Source: Clostridia bacterium (lineage in GTDB: Bacteria > Bacillota > Clostridia > Christensenellales > CAG-138). From it: DNA of 64,000 nt. The DNA is taken from NCBI GenBank assembly GCA_030527115.1, contig JAUNBM010000001.1, positions 11,631-75,630 of the forward strand, written 5' to 3'. Below are positions 9,571 through 18,712 of this stretch, in pieces (position 1 is the stretch's first letter; each line of letters starts with the position of its first letter). Below the pieces are notes generated by a model, which was given only the letters and a program-made list of their open reading frames with translations, made no database searches and was not told the DNA's origin. Both the position numbers and the translations under genes were made by a program.

Positions 9571-10818
9571 CTACTTGTGATATTCCCGGGCGCAATACTT
9601 CTCCAGCATAGCCGCATCCGCCCCGCCGTTTGCTATAAGCTCCGAATAAAACCTTCCGCTCGCCTTGACGGTGCGCTCCAGGGAGCCGGGATGAAGCTCT
9701 ACCAGCCCAAACCGCGCCGACATCCCCTCCAGCCACTCAAAGTTATCGACAAAGCACCAATGGTAGTACCGGATAAACGGAAGCTCGCTGTTTGCAATCT
9801 CCCTAAGATGCTCATAGATGAAGCGTGCCCTGAACGCATCGTTGTTGTCGCAGGTACCGTTCTCGGTCACATAGATCGGAAGTCGGACGAGCGCATCCAG
9901 CTCCTTTGCGCAGATTATCAGCCCCTCCGGATAGATCTCCCAGCCGAGATCGTTCTTACAGACCCCGTCGAAAGTTCCGTCCTTCAGCCCCGCAACCGCC
10001 GTCCGGCTGTAATAGTTTACCGCATGGAAGTCCGCAAACACCTTGCCGCCCTTTTTCAGATAGCTGTGGGATATATGCGACTGAAAGATATATCTGACGA
10101 TGGGCGTGCAAACCCTGTGCCAAACATTTTTGGGATTCTTCGGCGCATAGGCACGCATATGATGCGCATAGCCAACCTTCGTGTCCGCATATCCCATCGC
10201 CGCCCGAAGCTCGTGAATCAGCTCATAGCTCCTTCGGTGGCATTCGCCCATGTTCCTTATGACGCGGAGCATAGCAAAAACCGACCGCTTGCCCGGCGGC
10301 CAGCTTCCGGAAAAATAGCCGTTCATCGCATAGACGTTAGGCTCGTTTATCGTGATATATTCGCTTACGAGATCGCCGAGCCGCTGGACTACCTCGCCCA
10401 CCATGCGCAAAAAGCGCTCGACTCCCGCCCTGTTATAGAAGCCGCCCTGCTTTTCAAACCACATGGGGTTGGAAAAATGGTGTATCGTTATAAGGGGACG
10501 AACCCCGCCTTTTATCAAAAGCTCCAGCTCGTGACGGACAGCCGAAAACTCCTCCTCGCTGAATTCGCCCTCGTTCGGCTCTATCCTCGCCCATTCGAGC
10601 CCGAAGCGATAGTCGCGTATGCCCATCGAGATCAAAAGCTCGGTGTCCTCCTCAACCCTCTGCCGGTGTCCCGTTGCAATATCGGGGTTCGACCCGTCCT
10701 TGATGCGCCCCCTTTGATACCAGTCGTACCAGTTGCTGTTTTTGCAGTCGCCGTCCACCTGCGTCGCCGCCGACGCCGCCCCAAGCGAAAACCCCGTCTT
10801 AAATCGAATGGCGTCCAT
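9571..10818 (-). CDS. GH1 beta-glycosidase-like
   Basis: ITINEPNVY (acid/base NEP), YVTENG (nucleophile ENG) and DNFEW motifs. Confidence 0.85.
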   Translation of the reverse strand: MDAIRFKTGFSLGAASAATQVDGDCKNSNWYDWYQRGRIKDGSNPDIATGHRQRVEEDTELLISMGIRDYRFGLEWARIEPNEGEFSEEEFSAVRHELELLIKGGVRPLITIHHFSNPMWFEKQGGFYNRAGVERFLRMVGEVVQRLGDLVSEYITINEPNVYAMNGYFSGSWPPGKRSVFAMLRVIRNMGECHRRSYELIHELRAAMGYADTKVGYAHHMRAYAPKNPKNVWHRVCTPIVRYIFQSHISHSYLKKGGKVFADFHAVNYYSRTAVAGLKDGTFDGVCKNDLGWEIYPEGLIICAKELDALVRLPIYVTENGTCDNNDAFRARFIYEHLREIANSELPFIRYYHWCFVDNFEWLEGMSARFGLVELHPGSLERTVKASGRFYSELIANGGADAAMLEKYCAREYHK

Positions 10819-10980
10819 ACGCTTCCCCCTTTCCGTGGTCTCATAATATTAACGGCATAATTATACCAAACGGATTCGCGTTTGTAAAACAAAAAGAAGC
10901 GGCAAATCTCCGCTCCTAAGTGATTAAATGAAATCCGGTTATTTCGCGTATCCGGCGCGGCTTAACCTCCGTTAAGCCTC

Positions 10981-11008
10981 AAAAAACCGAGCGGCAGTTT
11001 CGCCGCTC
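10981..11008 (-). terminator. Rho-independent terminator downstream of hsp20
   Basis: On the minus strand: stem GAGCGGC, 6-nt loop, stem GCCGCTC, followed by GGTTTTTT. It sits 14 nt after the hsp20 stop. Confidence 0.6.
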
Positions 11009-11021
11009 AGCCCCTGTTGGT

Positions 11022-11450
11022 TTATTTAATTTCCAGCGTTCTTGCCGTGCTTACCTGAAGCTGGCGCTTAGGCAGATTCAGCTTCAAAATCCCGTTTTCA
11101 TAGGCCGCCTCAATCTTCTCCGTATCGACGTCCGAAACGTCAAAGCTGCGCTTGAAGCTCCCAAAGCAACGCTCCCGGCGGATATAGCCCGCCTTCTTGT
11201 CCTCGCTCTGTTGCTTCCTCGAGGCGGATATCGTCAGGCAGTCGTTATCTACGTCGACCTTGATATCCTCCTTGCTGAAGCCGGGCAGTTCTGCCTCCAG
11301 CAGATAGTGATCGCCCTTGTCAGAAATATCGGTCAAAAAGCCGTTCAGCGTCGAGTCTCCAAAGAACGCGCGCTCCATGCGCTCCAGCTCGGCAAACGGA
11401 TCATAGGGCGCCGCATGCCGCCTGCGGGAATAGGGTGTTAAGTACAACAT
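11022..11450 (-). CDS. Hsp20/alpha-crystallin small heat-shock protein
   Basis: 142 aa. Alpha-crystallin domain: HYLLEAELPGFSKEDIKVDVDNDCLTISA ... AAYENGILKLNLPK. Confidence 0.9.
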   Translation of the reverse strand: MLYLTPYSRRRHAAPYDPFAELERMERAFFGDSTLNGFLTDISDKGDHYLLEAELPGFSKEDIKVDVDNDCLTISASRKQQSEDKKAGYIRRERCFGSFKRSFDVSDVDTEKIEAAYENGILKLNLPKRQLQVSTARTLEIK

Positions 11451-11538
11451 AATCTTTTGCCTCCTTCAATTTCATTGACTATATTGTACCCCGTGATTAT
11501 GACAAAAAAACGTTGCTATTTTGACAGCTTTGTGAAAA

Positions 11539-11565
11539 TTAGCACTCTCGTCTTGAGAGTGCTAA
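11539..11565. promoter_or_regulatory. CIRCE operator (HrcA binding site)
   Basis: TTAGCACTC-tcgtcttga-GAGTGCTAA is a perfect match to the TTAGCACTC-N9-GAGTGCTAA consensus. It lies 89 nt upstream of the hsp20 ATG. Confidence 0.85.
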
Positions 11566-11573
11566 AAACTGCG

Positions 11574-12080
11574 TTAATTTTTAATTATCGGAATTTTTAG
11601 GGCGCGTTTCTTGCTTTTCGCGGTTTGAATCAGGCGCACAATCGCATAGACCGAGGAGGTGAGCGCCAGCCCTATCAGCCCTCCTCCAAAGTCTATAAGC
11701 ACGTCCTCGACCATGCTTGTTCGGTCATTGAGCGATTGGATATACTCATCGCAAACGCCGACCGTGAGAATGATAAAAAGCGGGATGCAGATGTTTTTCA
11801 GCGCATCCTTCCAGGAAAAGCGGAAGATTGAAAGGCAGAGCAACGCCGTCATCACGCCGAGAACCGCAAACTCAACTATGTGCGCGGTCTTACGCACAAT
11901 CACATCCAATTCCTCATCGGGCAAGGAGGCATCGGGGTCGATTATCGGACGCACAATCTCAACCACCGAGTCGCTCTGCTCGTTGGACTGCTCGCTGTCC
12001 GCGAATGAATTGCTGAATATATAGGCTATCGTCAGCGCGGTCAGCAACGCGAGTATGACGATCAAAATTGTGCGTTTCAT
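11574..12080 (-). CDS. VanZ-like family membrane protein
   Basis: 168 aa with an N-terminal TM segment. KTAHIVEFAVLGVM and DEYIQSL..R...VEDVLIDFGGGLIG resemble VanZ-like proteins. Confidence 0.65.
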   Translation of the reverse strand: MKRTILIVILALLTALTIAYIFSNSFADSEQSNEQSDSVVEIVRPIIDPDASLPDEELDVIVRKTAHIVEFAVLGVMTALLCLSIFRFSWKDALKNICIPLFIILTVGVCDEYIQSLNDRTSMVEDVLIDFGGGLIGLALTSSVYAIVRLIQTAKSKKRALKIPIIKN

Positions 12081-12430
12081 GGCAACGCCCCCTTAATCCT
12101 TTAGCGCGTTACACCAAAACGCGCCGCTTGGACTGCCAGTATAGCAAATTTTGCCAAAGCAGGCAAGCAGTCAATGAACATAAACGCATACCGCCGCCCG
12201 CTGTCGCAAAAAGCGGCAGGCGCTCCGTTCAAAGCCAGAGCTTCGCCTCCCGCCGGTATATTACAATCCTTCTGCCTACGGCGCGAAAGAGTCCGCCGTC
12301 CAAGACCCGAACCCAAATTGCACTTCAAATGCCTGTCTGCGGGCTAAAAAACAGAATCGCCTTTTGCCGCATCGCATTTTTTACAGCCAAGGCACAGAGG
12401 GTTATCTTCCTGTCCCCGAGGCCTTTCCCG

Positions 12431-13690
12431 TCATCGCTTAAACAGCTCCAGCTTCCTGTACAGTTTTTTCCGCTTCATTGCATATTTGGCAATCTTTTGA
12501 ACCGACTGCTTCGGTCGCTCGCCCCGCACCGAGCGGTAAAGATAGCGCACAGGAAGATATGCCCAGAATATCGGTAGCAAGATCGGCGCTTTGTTGCAGA
12601 TGGGGAATTGCTTCCTTGCCGCTATGGTTAGATTCCTTGCGGCGGAGGAAAACACGGATCGCTTTTTTAGCGAACTCTCCTCCCCTTTTAAAAAGGTGCT
12701 ACTCACGGCTCGCTCCAAATCCTTGGACATGATATTTCCATTATCGAGTATATCCGCCAAAAGCTCATCCGCCGTCCTTTGTGGCACATTCGCACACCAG
12801 CTGTGCTTTTCCGAATCCAGCCCAAGATATAGAACGCAGATTCTTGTCAGCACACTGGCGAACTGAAAAAGCCGGCATTCTTGAATCGCCGGAAGCAATT
12901 TCTGCTCCATCGTAGCAGGTGAACATGTACCTAAGAACACGCACCAGTCGCATAGTTGCCGCAATCCAATTCCTTCGTTGACCATATGCCGCTCCATATG
13001 GAGGAGTAGAGAAAGAGCTTGATCCGTCTCATTGAGCGCCGGAAACGTATAACCGTCCATTCGAGCGTCCACCGTTCGGAGCGTCGCATCCTCCAATTTT
13101 CTTTTAATCCTCTCCCCTACCGGTAATTCCGGAAATTGCGATATGGCATAATGAAGTTCAAGGTAAGTCCCTGCCCTGTCAAACCCTATGTGAAACTCAT
13201 GCTCCGTTTCATGCATACAATAGCCGGCCGTTTTTAGCGTTTCAATCGCCCTATCGCATTGATCTGCCCGCACGAGTATGTCAATATCTCCCAAAGCGCG
13301 CATCTCAGGTTTCGGATATAGTCTCGCTAAGCTTGCGCCCTTTAAAATGGCGCAAGGAATACTTGCAGCTTCAAACATGGAAACGACTTCCGCCTGCGAA
13401 TGCATCAATCGCTCATTGTTCATAATCGCTGCAAGCGTAAGACTTTTCCAGGCAGTAACCAGGGCGTCAGGCGGCCTGTGCGCAGCATCCAAAGCCATAG
13501 CCGCCTGGAGAATCAGCGGCAATACGGCATGTTTTCTCGCTATCCTGTCTATTTCTTGCCAGCTCGTAAGCTGGGGCAAGACGTCAAAACGCGTATCGGT
13601 GATCGAGCATGCCAGTAGCCGAAGCGCCGCAATTTCGTGCTGGCTCATGTTGCTTCTAAAGCTTTTCTGTTTTCGCCTTGAATCTACCAT
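12431..13690 (-). CDS. Uncharacterised nucleotidyltransferase-fold protein (NTP_transf_5-like), paralog 1
   Basis: LGDIDILV nucleotidyltransferase-type motif. Collinear similarity along the whole length to ORF 38013..39245 (e.g. DQALSLLLHMERH.VN.GIGLRQLCDWCVF.G in both). An alternative start is ATG 13648. Confidence 0.6.
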   Translation of the reverse strand: MVDSRRKQKSFRSNMSQHEIAALRLLACSITDTRFDVLPQLTSWQEIDRIARKHAVLPLILQAAMALDAAHRPPDALVTAWKSLTLAAIMNNERLMHSQAEVVSMFEAASIPCAILKGASLARLYPKPEMRALGDIDILVRADQCDRAIETLKTAGYCMHETEHEFHIGFDRAGTYLELHYAISQFPELPVGERIKRKLEDATLRTVDARMDGYTFPALNETDQALSLLLHMERHMVNEGIGLRQLCDWCVFLGTCSPATMEQKLLPAIQECRLFQFASVLTRICVLYLGLDSEKHSWCANVPQRTADELLADILDNGNIMSKDLERAVSSTFLKGEESSLKKRSVFSSAARNLTIAARKQFPICNKAPILLPIFWAYLPVRYLYRSVRGERPKQSVQKIAKYAMKRKKLYRKLELFKR

Positions 13691-13740
13691 ATAGCAGTCA
13701 GTCGCGGGCAGGGTAACCGCTTATTCATCGTTTGCATCCT

Positions 13741-14105
13741 TTAGCTTCCTTTCCGCCACACCATCTTATTTACCACGCCGGTATAGCTCTGGATGAGCTT
13801 AACCACCTTCGTACTTACATTCTCGTCCAGATAGTCCGGCACGGGAATGCCATAATCCTTGTCCCGATTCAGTTCAACCGCCGTTTCCACAGCTTGAAGC
13901 AGGCCCTTTTCGTCTATTCCGGCGAGTATAAAGCAGGCCTTGTCGAGCGCTTCCGGACGCTCCGTGGAGGTGCGAATGCAAACCGCAGGGAAAGGATGGC
14001 CAACGCTTGTGAAGAAACTGCTTTCTTCCGGAAGCGTGCCGCTGTCCGACACGACGCAAAAAGCGTTCATCTGCAGGCAATTATAGTCGTGGAAGCCCAG
14101 CGGCT
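13741..14105 (-). pseudogene. 3' stub of an fnlC/capG-type UDP-sugar 2-epimerase gene (last ~120 codons only)
   Basis: ORF 13741..14070 translates to MNAFCVVSDSGTLPEESSFF...VVNKMVWRKGS, essentially identical to the C-terminus of the complete gene at 16344..17513. There is no N-terminal two-thirds. Confidence 0.85.
13751..14105. repeat. Direct repeat copy A (355 nt) of the fnlC 3' end
   Basis: Aligns base for base with 16348..16702. I count about 10 mismatches by eye and no indels. Confidence 0.85.
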
Positions 14106-14435
14106 TAGTTGCGCAATTATCCCGCTCTCATGGCTCTCTTGCCTTTTTCTGAGCCGCCATTATCGAGCATCTCCAACGGCCTCTGTTTGCTGTTCCCCTT
14201 TTTGCCCTTTTGGGCGGGAAAGGAGCTTCTAAGCCTTGTGATGTAAGCGTTTAACCGCTTGCGCCGCCAACTTTTCTTTAAGAGCCTAAAGACATCTCGC
14301 CATTAGCGCCCTCAGTAAAACCTCCGCAATGCCACGATCAACGGCTTTGTCCGGAAAGGTTCCGACTCTTCGCCTTTTGAGTATCGCTCCCCTCGTTACC
14401 GTTTCTCGTCTTCGACTTTATTGCGCTTAATCGGT

Positions 14436-15665
14436 CTACATCCCCCGCTTTTTGCACTCGCGCTCAATAAGTTGTGCGACCTCTGGCGGCAATACGGTAT
14501 TTGCGCTCATTTGCCTTAGCACGGCAAGCGTTTCGTCGGGCATACAGGCATACTCGTTCGGGTCTGACAGCATTGCCATCAAATCATCGAATTCCTCCGC
14601 TGCTTCCTCCTGATCCCCAAATAGCTCCGTCAAGCCGTATCTGGCCTCCTCCAGTAAGGGCAGGCGCTTCCTCTTTGCGAGTGTAGCCCCCAACTGCGGC
14701 GCGAGCTTCTTGAAGAACGCCTTCGCCCTATCGTTTAATACGAAGATCTTTTCGGGTTTCCCTGTGCTCATGGCAGTATTTATGACGCTACTGATTAGTG
14801 CCGCTTCGTCGCTTAGCTCCTTTACCACTTCCACGCCCAGCATCTTTCCCGATTCATTGTTCACTATCAGAAGCAGGTACGGAAAATACGGCGCGGATAT
14901 GGGATTCTCAACGATGTTCCCGACCGCCTCCTCGTCGGAAATCGCCTCCAAATGCATAAAAATATCGCAGGCCCATACTCCGCCCTTTTTATTGCATTGG
15001 CCGAGTTTTGCGAGAGCTATATCGTCCGTTATCTCCGGACTTGGATATACCGGCTTGCGCGGCGGCCCGAGCGCTATCGTCTTCCATACAAACGCTCCGT
15101 TTTCCCTTTCTATCAACGGGATCGACCTGTCGTAAGGCGCGCCTTCCGTGAACCCGAGCTCTTCCGGCGCCATTTCCTCCAGTCGCTCGGACACCTCGAG
15201 CGCGGCCTCCATCGCCTCTTTAAGGTGCGTCCGGTCGTTTTCATCGTCCAGTCGCCAAGGATAGTGGTGCGGGCGAAAGCGCTCAAACTGAGGATACGCC
15301 TTCCTGCCCCGCAAAGTTAATCCGCGCGCGTGCATATAGGCGGTTACTTCGTCTATCTCTTGCTCCAGCAACTCGCGTTTGTTCTGAAACGACACCATCA
15401 CGCAGTCCTGCAACAGCGCGTTCTCGTGCTGTTCGATATAGTCCATCTTACTGCGATCGTGCCCCATCGCGCGATACGCATCCAACCCCGTATCGCCGGG
15501 GTATACCGCCAGCGCAAAATGCTCGCCCATCCTCCCCATCACGCAACAGTACCCAATCGTTCCATCCGAATGGCGAACCGCGAATAACTGCGTATCATAT
15601 AGTTCCATCCAGAGCTTCGCCTTCTTAAACTCCAGCGCAAGATCGTAAAGCGTATACGAAATCAT
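14436..15665 (-). CDS. Hypothetical cytoplasmic protein (409 aa)
   Basis: Long ORF with normal amino-acid composition. Its ATG overlaps the upstream membrane-protein stop (ATGA). I recognise no catalytic motif. Confidence 0.6.
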   Translation of the reverse strand: MISYTLYDLALEFKKAKLWMELYDTQLFAVRHSDGTIGYCCVMGRMGEHFALAVYPGDTGLDAYRAMGHDRSKMDYIEQHENALLQDCVMVSFQNKRELLEQEIDEVTAYMHARGLTLRGRKAYPQFERFRPHHYPWRLDDENDRTHLKEAMEAALEVSERLEEMAPEELGFTEGAPYDRSIPLIERENGAFVWKTIALGPPRKPVYPSPEITDDIALAKLGQCNKKGGVWACDIFMHLEAISDEEAVGNIVENPISAPYFPYLLLIVNNESGKMLGVEVVKELSDEAALISSVINTAMSTGKPEKIFVLNDRAKAFFKKLAPQLGATLAKRKRLPLLEEARYGLTELFGDQEEAAEEFDDLMAMLSDPNEYACMPDETLAVLRQMSANTVLPPEVAQLIERECKKRGM

Positions 15666-16309
15666 CGTTTTCTCCTCGTTTTTTTATTAAACATATGGTC
15701 GATCAACACAAACACATACCCCAGCGCAACGAAGGCGAGGTTCAGCCCCACCACATACAGCATGACCTTCCCTGCGCCGAGCCGGTCATAATCAATAAAG
15801 AAATACGGAAAGCGGGAGCCGTCGTAGAAGGTCGCCCCCGATGTGAATCCGTAAATTGTCGCAAAAACAAAATATATATCCGGGATAATCACCCATTTGA
15901 GCGGCGATAGCTTCGTATACCTGCCCTTTTCATCAAACAGCAACCAGTCCGCCACGCACAGAAGCGGGGTAACCGTATGCAAGAGCTGATTCGCCACGGT
16001 CTGCGTGCTACCCATGTTGAACGAGATGTGCGACAGCATGGTGTGAAACACGAGGCCCGTAACCGTGATGCCCATAATCAGCGCGCCCTTCAAATCCGGC
16101 AGTAGCGTTGCCCCGCCCTTAATCGCACGCACGCACGCGACGCTGAAATAGCACGCTATCAGCACATTGCTGACGAGCGTGTAGTACCTGAGCATGGAAA
16201 AGTCCATATCTCCGCTGAATACGCCGCATTGAATAAGAATTCCCGCCCACGCGCAAACGGCAATCAGCGCCTTGAATCCGGCGGACAGGTGTTTGTTACT
16301 AATTCTCAA
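15662..16309 (-). CDS. Polytopic membrane protein (possibly Pr6Pr/FAR-17a-like family)
   Basis: 215 aa with about 6 hydrophobic segments. LRYYTLVSNVLIA resembles the Pr6Pr family signature as I recall it. TTG start with GAGGG 4-5 nt upstream. Confidence 0.45.
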   Translation of the reverse strand: MRISNKHLSAGFKALIAVCAWAGILIQCGVFSGDMDFSMLRYYTLVSNVLIACYFSVACVRAIKGGATLLPDLKGALIMGITVTGLVFHTMLSHISFNMGSTQTVANQLLHTVTPLLCVADWLLFDEKGRYTKLSPLKWVIIPDIYFVFATIYGFTSGATFYDGSRFPYFFIDYDRLGAGKVMLYVVGLNLAFVALGYVFVLIDHMFNKKTRRKR

Positions 16310-16343
16310 AATGCCCTCTTCCCATTTGTGTTGACTTTAGGCG

Positions 16344-17513
16344 CTATTTCCGCCATACCATCTTATTCACCACGCCGGTATAGCTCTGGATGAGCTTAAC
16401 CACCTTCGTACTCACATTCTCGTCCAAATAGTCCGGCACGGGAATGCCATAATCCTTGTCCCGATTCAGTTCAACCGCCGTTTCCACAGCTTGAAGCAGT
16501 CCCTTTTCGTCTATTCCGGCGAGTATAAAGCAGGCCTTGTCGAGCGCTTCCGGGCGCTCCGTGGAGGTACGAATGCAAACCGCAGGGAACGGATGGCCAA
16601 CGCTTGTGAAGAAACTGCTTTCCTCCGGAAGCGTGCCGCTGTCCGACACAACGCAAAAAGCGTTCATCTGCAGGCAATTATAGTCGTGGAAGCCCAGCGG
16701 CTCATGCTGAATCACGCGCTTATCGAGCGGAAACCCCGTCTGTTCCAACCGCTTGCGGCTTCTCGGGTGGCAGGAATAGAGAATGGGCATATCGTATTTC
16801 TCCGCCATGCCGTTAATAGCCGAAAACAGGGATTGGAAATTCATCTCGGAGTCGATGTTCTCCTCCCTATGCGCGGAGAGCAGGATATACTTGCCCTTTT
16901 CCAGGCCGAGCCGCTCATGAATATCGCTTCCAACTATCTTCTCCAGGTTTTTGTGCAATACCTCCGCCATAGGCGAGCCCGTCACATAGGTGCGCTCCTT
17001 GGGCAAGCCGTTTTCTATCAGATACCGGCGGGCATGCTCGGAATAGCACATATTGACGTCGCTGATGATGTCCACAATCCTCCGGTTGGTTTCTTCCGGC
17101 AAGCACTCGTCCTTGCAACGATTGCCCGCCTCCATGTGAAAAATAGGAATGTGCAACCGCTTAGCTCCGATAACCGACAGGCAGGAATTGGTATCGCCGA
17201 GCACCAGAACCGCATCGGGCCTTATCTTTACCATCAGATCGTAAGACTCCGCGATGATGTTTCCCATCGTTTGCCCCAGGGATTCACCCACGGCGTTTAG
17301 GTAGATCTCCGGAGCTTCGAGATCCAAATCCCGGAAGAATACTCCGTTTAAGGTGTAATCGTAGTTCTGTCCGGTATGCGCTAAAAGCGCGTCAAAATAC
17401 CTCCGGCACTTCTTGATAACCTCCGATAGCCGGATGATCTCCGGGCGGGTACCGACGATGATGAGCAGTTTCAATTTGCCGTTATTCTGCCATTCTACTG
17501 TATCATATTTCAT
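16344..17513 (-). CDS. fnlC: UDP-2-acetamido-2,6-dideoxy-L-talose 2-epimerase / UDP-GlcNAc 2-epimerase family (FnlC/CapG-like)
   Basis: LLIIVGTRPEIIRLS N-terminus and HTGQNYD motif of non-hydrolysing 2-epimerases. It is the third gene after the fnlA- and fnlB-like genes, with a 4-nt overlap. Confidence 0.8.
   Translation of the reverse strand: MKYDTVEWQNNGKLKLLIIVGTRPEIIRLSEVIKKCRRYFDALLAHTGQNYDYTLNGVFFRDLDLEAPEIYLNAVGESLGQTMGNIIAESYDLMVKIRPDAVLVLGDTNSCLSVIGAKRLHIPIFHMEAGNRCKDECLPEETNRRIVDIISDVNMCYSEHARRYLIENGLPKERTYVTGSPMAEVLHKNLEKIVGSDIHERLGLEKGKYILLSAHREENIDSEMNFQSLFSAINGMAEKYDMPILYSCHPRSRKRLEQTGFPLDKRVIQHEPLGFHDYNCLQMNAFCVVSDSGTLPEESSFFTSVGHPFPAVCIRTSTERPEALDKACFILAGIDEKGLLQAVETAVELNRDKDYGIPVPDYLDENVSTKVVKLIQSYTGVVNKMVWRK
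16348..16702. repeat. Direct repeat copy B (355 nt), inside intact fnlC
   Basis: Partner of 13751..14105. Confidence 0.85.
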
Positions 17514-18712
17514 TCTACCACCTCAAAAAAAGTATCGGGATGATTGGGGTCGAACTGTTCGTTTGCCCACATGACGGTGACGAGGTCTTCCGTCTCACTT
17601 AGGTTAATTATATTATGCGTGTAACCCGGAAGCATATGGACTGCCTCTATTTTATCACCGCTCACCTCGAAATTCAACACTTCATCCGTCCCGATTTTGC
17701 GCATTTGAATAAGCCCGCGCCCAGCAACCACTATGAATAGCTCCCACTTGCTGTTGTGCCAATGCTGTCCCTTGGCGATTTTAGGCTTGGAGATGTTCAC
17801 GCTGAATTGCCCACATTTTTGAGTTCTAAGCAATTCGGTAAAGCTGCCGCGCACATCCTTGTTCATTTTTAGCGGGAACGACACTTTCGACTCCGGCAGA
17901 TAGGACAGGTAGGTGCTGTAAAGCTTTTTGGCAAAGCTGTTATTCGGCGTCTCCGGCATAACAAGGGTTTGCGGCTGGGCTTTAAAGGATTCGAGCAAAT
18001 CGGCAATCTCACCGAGCGTAACCCTATGCGTAGTGGGGACAAAGCAATATCTGCCATTCGGGGTTTGGCTTGGAATCAAGCCCTCGTATTCGCAATGATG
18101 CTCCTTCCCCTCGAGCGCATCGAGCATCTCGGCAACGAGGTCGTCGATGTAGAGCAACTCCAGCTCCGTCGTGCGATCGTTTATCTGAATGGGCAGATCG
18201 TTTGCAATGTTATGGCAGAATGTTGCGACAGCGCTGTTGTAGTTCGGGCGGCACCACTTTCCAAACAGGTTCGGGAAGCGGTACACCAGCACCGTTGAGC
18301 CGGTCTCCTCTCCATATCGAAAGAACAGCTCCTCCCCCGCCTTTTTGCTCTTACCATATTCACCTTCGGAGTATCTGCCTATCAGCGTAGCCTGTATGGA
18401 GGACGAAAGCATGACCGGGCAGGGGTTGCCATGCTTCTTCAGCGTGTTTAGCAGGGTCGATGCAAAGCCGAAATTGCCCTCCATAAACTCTCTCGGCTCC
18501 TTCGGTCGGTTCACGCCCGCAAGGTTATAGACAAAATCCGCCTTCTTGCACGCCTCGTTCAGCAGTTCGATGGGCGAGTCGATATCATATTCATATATTT
18601 CCCCAATCGCCAGCTCCGGTCGGGTTCTGTCCTTGCCGTCTCGGATATTTTTAAGAGTGCAAACGAGGTTTTTCCCGACAAAACCGGCGGCGCCGGTGAT
18701 TAGAATGTTCAT
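17510..18712 (-). CDS. fnlB: FnlB/CapF-like bifunctional SDR reductase with C-terminal cupin domain
   Basis: MNILITGAAGFVGKNL Rossmann N-terminus, plus a C-terminal ~120 aa cupin-like segment (GQHWHNSKWELFIVVAGRG). 400 aa, matching the two-domain CapF architecture. Confidence 0.8.
   Translation of the reverse strand: MNILITGAAGFVGKNLVCTLKNIRDGKDRTRPELAIGEIYEYDIDSPIELLNEACKKADFVYNLAGVNRPKEPREFMEGNFGFASTLLNTLKKHGNPCPVMLSSSIQATLIGRYSEGEYGKSKKAGEELFFRYGEETGSTVLVYRFPNLFGKWCRPNYNSAVATFCHNIANDLPIQINDRTTELELLYIDDLVAEMLDALEGKEHHCEYEGLIPSQTPNGRYCFVPTTHRVTLGEIADLLESFKAQPQTLVMPETPNNSFAKKLYSTYLSYLPESKVSFPLKMNKDVRGSFTELLRTQKCGQFSVNISKPKIAKGQHWHNSKWELFIVVAGRGLIQMRKIGTDEVLNFEVSGDKIEAVHMLPGYTHNIINLSETEDLVTVMWANEQFDPNHPDTFFEVVE

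Noticed and set aside
9100-10860. 586-aa ORF on the plus strand, the longest plus-strand ORF in the first 11 kb
   Set aside because: It is entirely antisense to the well-supported GH13 and GH1 genes. The translation is Arg/Pro/His/Leu-rich low-complexity sequence, typical of shadow ORFs in GC-rich coding DNA, and has no motif.
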